Position numbers and translations under genes: made by a program. Under the pieces are notes generated by a model. It searched no databases and was not told the origin of the DNA. It saw nothing but the letters and a program-made list of their open reading frames with translations. 64,000 nucleotides of DNA from IMG/VR virus record IMGVR_UViG_3300045988_180880, positions 128,001 through 192,000 of that record; one strand, given 5' to 3'. Numbering within the stretch: position 1 is the stretch's first letter; every line of letters starts with the position of its first letter. Shown piece by piece: positions 52,742-61,998 of this stretch. This DNA is from a virus.

Positions 52742-53431
52742 CTATTTCTTTCTGATAACTTCGTCAATAATTCCAAAATCTAATGCTTCTTGTGCAGTCA
52801 TCCAATTATCTCTCTCACAAGCATCTGCAACAGTTTCATAGGTTTGACCTGTCTGCTCTACAATAGTTTCATAAAGTTCTTTTCTTAGACGTTCCATCTC
52901 CTTAGCTTCAATAATAATATCTGTAGTTTGCCCAGATAGTTGACCTATGAGTGGTTGATGAATCATTGTTCTAGATCTTCTAAGTGCTGAACGTTTACCT
53001 TTAGTTCCACACATTAGAATCATAGCACCATAAGACGCACATAATCCAGTATTTATTGTTCTAACATCAGAATCAATAAATTCCATAGAATCAATAATTC
53101 CCGCACCAGAACTACAACTACCCCCAGGACTATTCACATACATAGTAATATCTGCATTTTCTACAGAATCTAGATATAATAATTGAGAAACTACTATATT
53201 TGCACTATCTGAATTTACATCTGTACCAAAGAAAATTTGACGTTTACTCATAAGCTTAGAAAAAATATCTAGCTGAGACATATTTCTTTCAGACTCCTCA
53301 AGAATATATGGATTGATATAACCTCCTCTAGCTTCTGACATTTTATGAAGTTTATCATCAAAACTAGTCATCTTAAAAGGATTCTGAGATTTATAAAAAC
53401 TTCTAAAATCTTTAATTGTTTTATTTTCCAT
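52742..53431 (-). CDS. clpP: ATP-dependent Clp protease proteolytic subunit
   Basis: ITMYVNSPGGSCSSG, TGLCASYGAMIL (catalytic Ser), RTMIHQPL (His) and CERDNWMTAQEALDFGIID (Asp) are collinear with bacterial ClpP. Confidence 0.9.
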   Translation of the reverse strand: MENKTIKDFRSFYKSQNPFKMTSFDDKLHKMSEARGGYINPYILEESERNMSQLDIFSKLMSKRQIFFGTDVNSDSANIVVSQLLYLDSVENADITMYVNSPGGSCSSGAGIIDSMEFIDSDVRTINTGLCASYGAMILMCGTKGKRSALRRSRTMIHQPLIGQLSGQTTDIIIEAKEMERLRKELYETIVEQTGQTYETVADACERDNWMTAQEALDFGIIDEVIRKK

Positions 53432-53458
53432 AATTTATAATAATTAAATGTTTTTATT

Positions 53459-53469
53459 CAATTATAAGA
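53459..53469 (-). promoter_or_regulatory. promoter motif variant upstream of clpP
   Basis: Plus strand caattataaga, which is TCTTATAATTG on minus; 28 nt upstream of ATG 53431. Confidence 0.4.
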
Positions 53470-53603
53470 TTTTGAAGCCTAGAAAAAGAAAAATCCCCAA
53501 TCTTCACAGACTAGGGACTTCTATTAAACTTTAAAAACTAATACTAACAAACAAAACACATCTATATGTTTACCATTAATTAAGATTCTGAATCGCTGTA
53601 AAG

Positions 53604-53641
53604 AGCAAAAAGAAGAAGACCGGATTTCTCACAGTCTTCTT
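53604..53641 (-). terminator. rho-independent terminator
   Basis: Stem aagaagac / gtcttctt, with a T-run in minus sense. Confidence 0.55.
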
Positions 53642-53647
53642 TTGGTT

Positions 53648-54178
53648 TTAACCTGGAAATTTATAAACATAAACAGGCTCTTTTTCGAATTCTAAGTCTT
53701 CAACGATACAAGGAAATGAATATTCTGAATGTAATCGTCGGATGATTCTAGGAAATAATTCTTGATCTCCTCGATTTTGTAAGTTATTTACAAACTTATA
53801 CATCTTAGGTCTTCCATCAGCTGCTACAATCTCTAAGTTATCTATCCACGTATTCCAGATTCTTTGAGCTTGTTCTTCAGAGAGTGCTAAGATGTAATAT
53901 CCTTTCCATCTATAAACATTGAAATTTGTTGGGACAATTGAAAAAATTCCATCTGTATATACTCTTTCACCTAACCCATCAAGAGTTATGTAATAAATTG
54001 GCTTAGGAGAATCCAATTTTATAACTTTTTCAACATTAGTAACTTTGTACTCCTTTTCTCTTTCAATTTCAGGAAAACCGATAATTTCTGGAGATATTAC
54101 AAGTTTAACCCCAATTCTTAAGATTCCATCTTCTCTGACATAATTAATTCCTTGTTTTTGTTTTAATTCTTTTTCCAT
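53648..54178 (-). CDS. hypothetical protein
   Basis: 176-aa ORF. Confidence 0.65.
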   Translation of the reverse strand: MEKELKQKQGINYVREDGILRIGVKLVISPEIIGFPEIEREKEYKVTNVEKVIKLDSPKPIYYITLDGLGERVYTDGIFSIVPTNFNVYRWKGYYILALSEEQAQRIWNTWIDNLEIVAADGRPKMYKFVNNLQNRGDQELFPRIIRRLHSEYSFPCIVEDLEFEKEPVYVYKFPG

Positions 54179-54217
54179 GATTCTTGGATTTTATTGGTTT
54201 ATCTCAAAAGTAAGGTT

Positions 54218-54499
54218 TTAAGACTTTTTCCAAGAAAAGGATCTATCAGTTAAATCAACTTTTATTCCTTCTATCTTTGACGATGAAGTTATTCCAGGGA
54301 GTCTTATTAACTTTCCAAATTTCTTTAGGAAGGCTCTATATTCCCCAAGTTTTAGAATATCAGTACCTTGCGCCGGTAATATAATAAATTTTGAATATTC
54401 TTCATAAATTTTAATAGCTGATTCCTTAGATTTAGCAAATATAAAATACCAACAAAAATCAATATCCGGCGCCTCTATTTCTACTTTATAAACTTCCAT
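54218..54499 (-). CDS. hypothetical protein
   Basis: 93-aa ORF. Confidence 0.6.
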   Translation of the reverse strand: MEVYKVEIEAPDIDFCWYFIFAKSKESAIKIYEEYSKFIILPAQGTDILKLGEYRAFLKKFGKLIRLPGITSSSKIEGIKVDLTDRSFSWKKS

Positions 54500-54504
54500 A
54501 ACTC

Positions 54505-54972
54505 CTATAACATTCCCATTCTTTCTAAAATTGTTTCAATAGCCTCCCAATCAACACAAGAGGTATATATAGTTTTTATTTCTCCAGTATCGAAATTTAC
54601 ATACTCGGCTTCACCCCATCTAAGAGGTATTCCAAGAGCTGTATCATCTATCAAGAAATCTCCTAAAACTTTTCTTGCATATCCTATTACACCTTCTTCC
54701 TCTGGATTATCATTTACACAATACAGTGGAATTTCTCTTTCTCGAAACCATCTCTCAGCTTCTTCTAATGATGTTTCAGTTCTAAATTTTCCTCCAATAT
54801 AATTATATGGATTATTTCTAGAATTATTCCGACAAGTCCAAAGAATCAATCTATGTCCAGCAGAAACTATCCTTTTTAAAACCCTTTCAGCTCCTGTATC
54901 AACCTCTGAAAAACCGGGTTCAGGAAGATTAGGAACACAAGTGCCATCGAAGTCTATCAAAAAAGTTGCCAT
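54505..54972 (-). CDS. HAD-superfamily phosphatase-like protein
   Basis: MATFLIDFDGTCV carries the DxDGT motif I; LILWTCRN sits at the motif II (T/S) position. Confidence 0.55.
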   Translation of the reverse strand: MATFLIDFDGTCVPNLPEPGFSEVDTGAERVLKRIVSAGHRLILWTCRNNSRNNPYNYIGGKFRTETSLEEAERWFREREIPLYCVNDNPEEEGVIGYARKVLGDFLIDDTALGIPLRWGEAEYVNFDTGEIKTIYTSCVDWEAIETILERMGML

Positions 54973-55337
54973 AAATTTTCTATAGGTTTTGAGTTAATAA
55001 AAATCTTTTCAATCTCAGGAGAAATTGGTTTATTATGATAAAAATAATCAATCCAATTAGATATAACTATTTCTGCTGTAACTCCCCAAGGAACATAAAA
55101 CACTCGAGATTCAGATATAGTATTCCTAAGTTCTTTGATAAAATCTTTTTGTTTTAAAATAGGTGGATATTTATATTTCCATCTACATAGAAAAAATTCT
55201 TTAATCTCCTTAAGTTTTTCATCTGTAATCTCTCCAGAATTATTAAGTGTTATTGGAAACCAATCGCTCATTTCACTCGTAAAAATAAGTATATCCAATT
55301 TTAATATTAAAATATATCTTCCTCTGTTATTTTCCAT
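54957..55337 (-). CDS. hypothetical protein
   Basis: 126-aa ORF. Confidence 0.55.
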   Translation of the reverse strand: MENNRGRYILILKLDILIFTSEMSDWFPITLNNSGEITDEKLKEIKEFFLCRWKYKYPPILKQKDFIKELRNTISESRVFYVPWGVTAEIVISNWIDYFYHNKPISPEIEKIFINSKPIENLWQLF

Positions 55338-55516
55338 CTTTTGAATTCTTGTTCATAATTCTTTCTTTTCGGAGATCTAGGTCTTAGTTGTTCTTCAAAT
55401 TTTTCCCAAGCTTCATTCTCGGAGGATGCAATAATTGTCATAAATTCTCTGAAAAATATAGGATTTCCTAATTTATCAAAATCAGATATTTCTTTTACAA
55501 AAAGATATGTCTTCAT
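55307..55516 (-). CDS. hypothetical protein
   Basis: 69-aa ORF; ATGA coupling upstream. Confidence 0.55.
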   Translation of the reverse strand: MKTYLFVKEISDFDKLGNPIFFREFMTIIASSENEAWEKFEEQLRPRSPKRKNYEQEFKRWKITEEDIF

Positions 55517-55947
55517 TTAACAAAGTGAGTTAGGTCATCAAACTTAACAGGCATACACTCCTTTCTGTAAAATTCCCACATATCTCCAGGCATAATACCT
55601 CTTCTTCCACAATGAGATATCAATTCGATAATATTTAATTCAGATGCAGTATAAATTCTACGTCCTTTAAAGAAATAAAACTCAACTGATTCTTTAATAG
55701 TTTTTATAAGTTGTGCTTCTTTGTAAATTATCTTAGGAGGATTAAGGAGATTATCTTGAAAGTATTTATTATTCATCCAAATAATTTGTTCTTTAAGATC
55801 AGTATAAAAATCATTCCAATCATCCCAATTATAACTTACTAACGAATATTTTTCAAGAATTCGAATAGCTACTATCGGAACTGGAGAACCTAATTTCAAA
55901 TATTCTCCCCATACATCTTTATCTATTTTCTCTTCACCTGAACTCAT
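55513..55947 (-). CDS. hypothetical protein
   Basis: 144-aa ORF. Confidence 0.6.
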   Translation of the reverse strand: MSSGEEKIDKDVWGEYLKLGSPVPIVAIRILEKYSLVSYNWDDWNDFYTDLKEQIIWMNNKYFQDNLLNPPKIIYKEAQLIKTIKESVEFYFFKGRRIYTASELNIIELISHCGRRGIMPGDMWEFYRKECMPVKFDDLTHFVK

Positions 55948-57053
55948 CTTACTCTAATAACTAAAGTATTATCTCTAAATTCCTTCCAAGACTTAGCGTT
56001 TGACATCATAAATCCATAATTAATACACTCCTTTAGACCCTGTATCCAATCCTTTAAAGTAGTTCCAATCTCTACCCAAGTCCATTCCGAATCTGATACT
56101 TTTACTCTGGGCTTTTCTCCTGACGATCTCCAAGAATTTACATCTGAATAACCTGCTCGAAGTGCTTGCATCTCAGGGGTAGTATTTCCGAAGTATTGTC
56201 TAACTAAATCTAACTCAGATAATTCGATAGGAGACATATTAACTAAACCTCCTAACTCCTGAACTTCTTCGATAATATCCTGATCTGACTTTACTGTTCT
56301 TTTATAAATTGTTCCAGATGCTTCCAAGATCTTAGCAAACTCACGACCAATCATTACATAATCAGCACCAAGGGCAATAGCTTTTAGGATATCCGAGTGA
56401 CAAGTAATACCACCATCTGCAATAACTTTAACATCCCGAAGTCTACCTTTTCCTGATTTTCGAAGTGAATTAATTGCGCCGAGAATAGATGCCATAGGAT
56501 AATGAAACCCATACTTATCTTGATCAACTAAAGATCCAGATGATATTCCGACACGTACATAATCAAATCCGGCGCCACTATACACTTCGTAAGTCTTAGG
56601 GTTAGCTATATTTCCACCCATCAAGATAACCTGTTTTCCGTAGAGCTGTTTTAATCTCTGTCCAATTTCCATAAGAGCTACATCATGACCATTTCCAGAG
56701 TCGATGCAGATATGAAATTGTTGAGTTGAACCTCTTTGATCTATATTTATAAAATTTTCTCTTACCTCCTGAAGACTAAACGCACAGAAGATAAATCCAC
56801 ACGCTTCAAGTCTAGTTCCAAGTTCAACAGTTCTAGGGAGGATAGGCTTAATTCCAGAATCTTGCCATACTTTCCAATTATCAACTCCAACAATAGCTTC
56901 CATCGGACTTGTAAAAATAGGTAAACTCTTTGGGACCCCTGTAACTTCCTGATCATCTAGAACAAAATAATCAAGTTTCCCAGAGTTAGTCCATCCTAAA
57001 TTAAGATTATCAGGAACTAACATAACATCTGATAATTCTAAGTACTTTTCCAT
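55944..57053 (-). CDS. IMPDH/GMP-reductase-family TIM-barrel protein (catalytic Cys apparently absent)
   Basis: LSDVMLVPD.., LPIFTSPMEAIVG, VRVGISSGSLVDQD (compare GMPR VGIGPGSVCTTR) and KVIADGGITCHSDILKAIALGADYVMIG. Confidence 0.65.
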   Translation of the reverse strand: MEKYLELSDVMLVPDNLNLGWTNSGKLDYFVLDDQEVTGVPKSLPIFTSPMEAIVGVDNWKVWQDSGIKPILPRTVELGTRLEACGFIFCAFSLQEVRENFINIDQRGSTQQFHICIDSGNGHDVALMEIGQRLKQLYGKQVILMGGNIANPKTYEVYSGAGFDYVRVGISSGSLVDQDKYGFHYPMASILGAINSLRKSGKGRLRDVKVIADGGITCHSDILKAIALGADYVMIGREFAKILEASGTIYKRTVKSDQDIIEEVQELGGLVNMSPIELSELDLVRQYFGNTTPEMQALRAGYSDVNSWRSSGEKPRVKVSDSEWTWVEIGTTLKDWIQGLKECINYGFMMSNAKSWKEFRDNTLVIRVR

Positions 57054-57062
57054 ATTCTTTTA

Positions 57063-57875
57063 TTATAATTTAAATAATTCATTCAACCTTTCCTCTTCGT
57101 AGAAAAACTTCTCTAAGAGCTCATCTTTACTCTTATTAAGCTCCTCTAATCTTTTTTCTATGGACTTTATATTATTTTCCATTTTTGTAATTCTATTTGA
57201 CATATTTCTAATTCCAATACGTTTAAAAACATTAAATTGTTCTTCTAGCATCTTCTCTGAAAACGCTACACAATTACTACAATTTAGTATTATACGTTTT
57301 CCTTTAGAATCTTTAAATTCTCTATTATAGTGATCCTTATATACTTCCCTAACAATTGGCTTATTATTAAAAATATTAAAAGAAGGAAGATAATATATGT
57401 ATATCTTCTGGGTTCTCATATAATCATCATAATATTTTTTATATTTATTACGAACTTCACAATTATAGATAACTTTATAATAAGGTACAGAGCGATCTAT
57501 CGTATACTCCCACTCATACTCACCAATTTTCTGTTTATAAGTATAAGTATCTGGATTATTTTCGATAACTTCAGAAAATATTAATTTCCCTAAATCTTCA
57601 GTAATTTCTAATTCTCGTGTAAGAAAAACAGGTGGATAATCCACAATAGAAAAATCAAACCTATCAATGGGAATAATTGGTATTCCCGGTTTATATAATT
57701 TCTTAAGTTCTTGTTTATTAATTAAAGGATTATTAATTACAGTATTTATATATTCTGCTGAAAGAAATTCCTCACTTTTTGGAGAAAAATCGTTAAATAA
57801 TTTTTCTATTATTGGATCGTCTTCTATACGATCCATTGTTAAATACTTATTATAAATTTCTTCTAATGTTAACAT
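57063..57875 (-). CDS. hypothetical protein
   Basis: 270-aa ORF; promoter motif 24 nt upstream. Confidence 0.65.
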   Translation of the reverse strand: MLTLEEIYNKYLTMDRIEDDPIIEKLFNDFSPKSEEFLSAEYINTVINNPLINKQELKKLYKPGIPIIPIDRFDFSIVDYPPVFLTRELEITEDLGKLIFSEVIENNPDTYTYKQKIGEYEWEYTIDRSVPYYKVIYNCEVRNKYKKYYDDYMRTQKIYIYYLPSFNIFNNKPIVREVYKDHYNREFKDSKGKRIILNCSNCVAFSEKMLEEQFNVFKRIGIRNMSNRITKMENNIKSIEKRLEELNKSKDELLEKFFYEEERLNELFKL

Positions 57876-57898
57876 TTATAATTTTATTTTTATTACTA

Positions 57899-57909
57899 CA
57901 TATATAAGA
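57899..57909 (-). promoter_or_regulatory. phage promoter motif (minus strand)
   Basis: Plus strand catatataaga; 24 nt upstream of ATG 57875. Confidence 0.55.
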
Positions 57910-57955
57910 AAATTAAAGATTTAGTAGTTTCATCACCACTAAACCTATTCCAAAT

Positions 57956-58093
57956 TCAATCTAAAAAAGCAAATTCATCACTTAACTGACAAAGCCACTC
58001 TTGATATTCTTCATCACTCATAGTCCTTTGCTTCTCTTTTGCTACTTCTACAATTGTTTCTCCGAAGTTAAACGATTCTTCATATTCTTCCAT
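57956..58093 (-). CDS. small acidic protein (45 aa)
   Basis: Hand-translated MEEYEESFNFGETIVEVAKEKQRTMSDEEYQEWLCQLSDEFAFLD. Promoter motif 23 nt upstream. Below the ORF-track cutoff. Confidence 0.4.
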   Translation of the reverse strand: MEEYEESFNFGETIVEVAKEKQRTMSDEEYQEWLCQLSDEFAFLD

Positions 58094-58115
58094 AATTTCT
58101 TTTTTAAGTTTATTA

Positions 58116-58126
58116 CATATATAAGG
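58116..58126 (-). promoter_or_regulatory. phage promoter motif (minus strand)
   Basis: Plus strand catatataagg; 23 nt upstream of ATG 58093. Confidence 0.55.
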
Positions 58127-58231
58127 CTTTAAGGAAATTATATACGGAAAATAAAAAAAATTTACTTATCACAAAAAATAAATTATATTTTTATTTCATA
58201 TATAATATTTTAAGAAAAAAAAGAAGGGAAA

Positions 58232-58972
58232 TTAATCCCCTCTATTAAAAATATTCACATTTACTTCTTTAAAACCTCCTGCTGATAAAACAGCATTACT
58301 ACAAGCAAATCTATCCTCCTGTTTTAATTTTTGATACATTTGAAGTATTTGTCCTGTTGGAGAATCATCAGTTAAGTGTATCTGATTTTCCCTTAACATT
58401 TCATTACTAACATATGTAATAAAACGGAAAAATTTTGTATCTTTCTGAAAAATTCCTAAGGCAACTCCATCATTCAATTTTCCTTCTAAATTCCATTCTC
58501 CCTCTTTTTGAACTTCAGGAATTATTGTTGTAATCATTGCAGAATTAGATCTTAGATAAATATCTACAATCTTTTCAAAGTCAATATTATCTATTTTTAG
58601 ATATCTTTCGCGATACCTTCTCATAAAATGTGCTTCGAATATTACAATATTCCTCAAATTAACATCAAGTGATGGGAATAATATAGCATTCTTTTTTCCA
58701 GTTATTCCATTATTTACGATAGTATAAATGGTAGTCCCTTTTGAAAATTCTCTTTTATTAGGCCATGCTTCAATAATTGCTCGATATTGATTTCTTGATA
58801 CATTAATAATCTTCGTCTCCTTAAACGGAACTGGAGACTTCGTTTGTTGATAAATCTTTAATATTTTATGTTTATTTTTATCTATTTCTCTATTAACTAC
58901 ATCTAGTATAGTCTGATAATCTCTTTTCAATTCTTTAAAGATCTCATCACTGTTCATGTTCATTGTAATCAT
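58232..58972 (-). CDS. hypothetical protein
   Basis: 246-aa ORF. Confidence 0.65.
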   Translation of the reverse strand: MITMNMNSDEIFKELKRDYQTILDVVNREIDKNKHKILKIYQQTKSPVPFKETKIINVSRNQYRAIIEAWPNKREFSKGTTIYTIVNNGITGKKNAILFPSLDVNLRNIVIFEAHFMRRYRERYLKIDNIDFEKIVDIYLRSNSAMITTIIPEVQKEGEWNLEGKLNDGVALGIFQKDTKFFRFITYVSNEMLRENQIHLTDDSPTGQILQMYQKLKQEDRFACSNAVLSAGGFKEVNVNIFNRGD

Positions 58973-59020
58973 AATTTTATTCCTTTCTTTTAAATTGTTA
59001 ATAAATCTCTTTTGATTGGT

Positions 59021-59051
59021 TTAAAAAAGCCGGAGACTTTATATCCCCGGC
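59021..59051 (-). terminator. rho-independent terminator
   Basis: GC stem gccgg / ccggc, with T6 in minus sense. Confidence 0.5.
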
Positions 59052-59068
59052 CAAGAATGGAAAAAGAA

Positions 59069-59506
59069 TTACACTAAACAAGAAAACCCTGATAAAACAC
59101 TTTTCCAGGATCTTATATTCTTCATTTCGGTTGATGTGCATTCAAACATATCCACCCCAAGTCTTTTCTTTCTCTTTGGATCTGGACCTCCTGTCTGTAA
59201 TGTAAACCGAAATTTGTCACTATCTCTAAGGTGTTCAATTTTCACCATATAATAAGTTTCGTAATTTCCCTCTTCATTCTTTTCTGTAATTCGAACGAAA
59301 GATCTAACTGTATAATCTTTATCGTTCTCTGATACATAAAGCTCTTTAAGCGAGCCTTGTATGAATTCAAGATCAGCATCTTCAAGTTTTACTGCTAATC
59401 TAGTCATTCCGTGAACTCCTATACCTAAGAGTTCTGCATTGTAATTTTGTTTGATCAATTCTGCATCTAAACGAATTCCTGACCAAATTTCTTTTAAGTT
59501 TTTCAT
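59069..59506 (-). CDS. hypothetical protein
   Basis: 145-aa ORF. Confidence 0.65.
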   Translation of the reverse strand: MKNLKEIWSGIRLDAELIKQNYNAELLGIGVHGMTRLAVKLEDADLEFIQGSLKELYVSENDKDYTVRSFVRITEKNEEGNYETYYMVKIEHLRDSDKFRFTLQTGGPDPKRKKRLGVDMFECTSTEMKNIRSWKSVLSGFSCLV

Positions 59507-59613
59507 TTTCTTAATTGTTTTCTATCCTCTAATTGCTTCGGACGTTGCACTTTTGTTAATTTAATTGTCTCTAAGGCTTCTCTATGAAGCCCTTTTGGTT
59601 GTTTATTCTTTTA

Positions 59614-59901
59614 TTATTTTTTAAAGATTATACACTCTGGTTCCCACCAATCCATTATCGCTTTTTCAGATTTCCATTCTAGTCCTCTATTTGAATTTAA
59701 CCATCTTGAGATCTTTATTTTTGTCTCTATACTTTTATCAGATATTACAAACCTCCTGGCTGCTGTCTCTGTTAGAAAAACATGTTCATCTCTATAGACG
59801 GGTAATTGTTCAAAAAGTACTAAAGGTAGGGTGTATGCTCCTGTAAGACGATCATAACCTAATAAACGAACACCAAATACTACTACATATCTTTTTTTCA
59901 T
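59614..59901 (-). CDS. hypothetical protein
   Basis: 95-aa ORF. Confidence 0.6.
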   Translation of the reverse strand: MKKRYVVVFGVRLLGYDRLTGAYTLPLVLFEQLPVYRDEHVFLTETAARRFVISDKSIETKIKISRWLNSNRGLEWKSEKAIMDWWEPECIIFKK

Positions 59902-60001
59902 AATATTTATTTTGTTAATTATTGTCTCTAAAAATCAAAGAGAATTAACTGACATTGTTATATATCAATTAATTCTCTCTAGTAAGATATCTATTTATCT
60001 T

Positions 60002-60012
60002 CATATATAAGG
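60002..60012 (-). promoter_or_regulatory. phage promoter motif (minus strand)
   Basis: Plus strand catatataagg. It precedes a 101-nt leader containing the 10-bp hairpin agagaattaa...ttaattctct. Divergent from the 60055 motif. Confidence 0.55.
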
Positions 60013-60054
60013 CCTTTAAGGATTTTGAAATGGAGTAATTTTTGACTCTATTTT

Positions 60055-60065
60055 CCTTATTAATG
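60055..60065 (+). promoter_or_regulatory. phage promoter motif
   Basis: ccttattaatg; ends 23 nt before ATG 60088. Confidence 0.6.
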
Positions 60066-60087
60066 TATAATAAAAATATAAAAAATT

Positions 60088-60633
60088 ATGATAGAAAATG
60101 ACAATTTACTATTTTTAGGTTTTGTTGGTGTTATAGTAATAATATGGTATATATTATTTTATGTATGGCTAGTAAAACGAAGAAAAGATTTAATTTTTGT
60201 TCGTGATGTTTGGATAGATGAAGTTTCTGAAGTTGATATCATCTTACAATCTATGAAGGTATATAAACTTTCAGAATGTGTTACTCGCCAAGAAAAATAT
60301 TATCAAGAATTAATCAAATATAAGAACGACAAAAGAGATTATTTATTTTTCCACCCTATTGGAGATAAGAAAGGTCAAGAAGAATTTTACAAGAATATGA
60401 TAATAGCAACAGAATTAGTCCTAGATATTGATTCTTTAGAACCAGGTGATCAAGTTGTTATCAGTATCTCTGGAAAATTTTACTTAAGGAAAGTATATAA
60501 ACTTGACTTCGAAAATAATATTATATATTATAAAGAACCGAACAATACAGTAGTATCTGAAGCGAAATTATATAGTGTAGTATCTAAAGTTAAATTAATA
60601 TTTGGTAAAGATTTATTAAAAGAAATATTATGA
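60088..60633 (+). CDS. membrane-anchored hypothetical protein
   Basis: N-terminal helix LLFLGFVGVIVIIWYILFYVWLV. Confidence 0.65.
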   Translation: MIENDNLLFLGFVGVIVIIWYILFYVWLVKRRKDLIFVRDVWIDEVSEVDIILQSMKVYKLSECVTRQEKYYQELIKYKNDKRDYLFFHPIGDKKGQEEFYKNMIIATELVLDIDSLEPGDQVVISISGKFYLRKVYKLDFENNIIYYKEPNNTVVSEAKLYSVVSKVKLIFGKDLLKEIL

Positions 60634-60977
60634 AAGATTTAATTAAAGAAACATTCAAAGTAATGTATGTAAAAGAAGGAATGAATCAGACTAAAAACTT
60701 AATCTCACAAGAAGATTATGAAGAAAAAGTTAAACCAATTCTAAAAGAGATTCAAGAACTAGAGTCAAAACAATCTGAGTATAACAAGAAAAATAAAAAG
60801 TATCAAGAACTCGAAAAGGAGATTAGAACACTCAAGGGAAAACTTAAACCCCTGGGAGAATGGTTTACTTCTAGATCACCTCTTGGAAAAGCCTTAGAGA
60901 ATGGTGGACTCTTAATATTACCTTCACAACAAGGAGGTACTCATAAAGTAGAATTTATAAAAGAAGAGGTGGTATGA
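60630..60977 (+). CDS. hypothetical protein (coiled-coil segment)
   Basis: 115-aa ORF; ATGA coupling. Confidence 0.6.
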   Translation: MKDLIKETFKVMYVKEGMNQTKNLISQEDYEEKVKPILKEIQELESKQSEYNKKNKKYQELEKEIRTLKGKLKPLGEWFTSRSPLGKALENGGLLILPSQQGGTHKVEFIKEEVV

Positions 60978-61246
60978 GAATTCGAGAATCATTACTTAGA
61001 AAATCTGCTATATATGGAGTAGTATTTCAACGTTCAGAACCAAAGAAGTCATTTTTTAATCCTGGAAGACCCTGTAAAGTAATATTATATGTAACAGGAG
61101 AAATCAGACCAGTTGAATTTAATTATGGAGATGATGATACTATGGGATATGATGTATATAAACGCTTGAAAGATGAACTGAATATAACCACTGGAGATGA
61201 TGTTATAGAAATTATGAAGTTTATGTTGGAGGAAAAGAAAGAATGA
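60974..61246 (+). CDS. hypothetical protein
   Basis: 90-aa ORF; ATGA coupling. Confidence 0.6.
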   Translation: MRIRESLLRKSAIYGVVFQRSEPKKSFFNPGRPCKVILYVTGEIRPVEFNYGDDDTMGYDVYKRLKDELNITTGDDVIEIMKFMLEEKKE

Positions 61247-61941
61247 TAAAAATAGGTTGTTTATCGGATATTCATGGTTATGTTTATGATTTACAAACAA
61301 AATGTTACCCAGAGATTGAACTTCTAATTATTGCTGGAGATCTGTGTCCCACTGATGAAGTTATGTATCAAGAAGAGTGGCTTGAATATAATTATCAGAA
61401 TATATTCATGAATAAGAAAATATTTCCGGATCTTCAAGAAATTATAATAGTTCCCGGAAATCATGACTACTGGATTGAGAGACACTATGATGACTTCCTC
61501 ACACTTAGAAAGATATTTGGATACTCTACTAAAGTTCTGGTTGATGAAGAGTATGAATATATTTCTGGAATTACTGGAGAATCAGTAAAGATATATGGAA
61601 ATCCTAGAACTTCTTTATGGTTACACGCTTTCCCACATAAACCTGGAAATATTGATATCTTAGAAATTCCAGGAGGAATAGATATTTTAGTAACTCATGA
61701 AGCCCCTAGAATATATCAACTTGAATGTATAAAACAATCTCAGAGGTGGTATGGAAAAGATGAACCTGGGAATCTAGCATTATCACAAAGAGTATTAGAG
61801 ATCAATCCAAGGTATCACGTGTTTGGTCACATACATTACCCGGAAAGAGGTGAAGTATCTGGAATAAAATTTATGAATGTATCTCAACAAACTAGAGAAA
61901 ATTATACTCCTAAGATACATATAATAGAATATACAGAATAA
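61243..61941 (+). CDS. calcineurin-like metallophosphoesterase
   Basis: IGCLSDIHGY (DxH), LLIIAGDL (GD), VPGNHD (GNH[DE]), VTHEAP and VFGHIH. Confidence 0.75.
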   Translation: MIKIGCLSDIHGYVYDLQTKCYPEIELLIIAGDLCPTDEVMYQEEWLEYNYQNIFMNKKIFPDLQEIIIVPGNHDYWIERHYDDFLTLRKIFGYSTKVLVDEEYEYISGITGESVKIYGNPRTSLWLHAFPHKPGNIDILEIPGGIDILVTHEAPRIYQLECIKQSQRWYGKDEPGNLALSQRVLEINPRYHVFGHIHYPERGEVSGIKFMNVSQQTRENYTPKIHIIEYTE

Positions 61942-61948
61942 AAAATAA

Positions 61949-61989
61949 AGAGAGGTCTTGACTAATTAAAAGTCAAGTTAAACCTCTCT
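61949..61989. terminator. conserved nested-hairpin bidirectional terminator (family copy 4)
   Basis: agagagg-tcttgac-taattaaaa-gtcaag-ttaaa-cctctct between convergent genes ending at 61941 (+) and 61999 (-). Confidence 0.7.
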
Positions 61990-61998
61990 TTTTATTTC

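Noticed and set aside
55135-55344. 69-aa plus-strand ORF
   Set aside because: It is antisense inside 54957-55337.
56736-56956. ORFs 56736-56924 (+) and 56762-56956 (-)
   Set aside because: Both are embedded in the IMPDH/GMPR-family gene, one antisense and one in an alternative frame.
57330-57855. Plus-strand ORFs 57330-57584 and 57667-57855
   Set aside because: They are antisense inside 57063-57875.
61085-61300. 71-aa minus-strand ORF
   Set aside because: It is antisense across the 60974-61246 / 61243-61941 junction.
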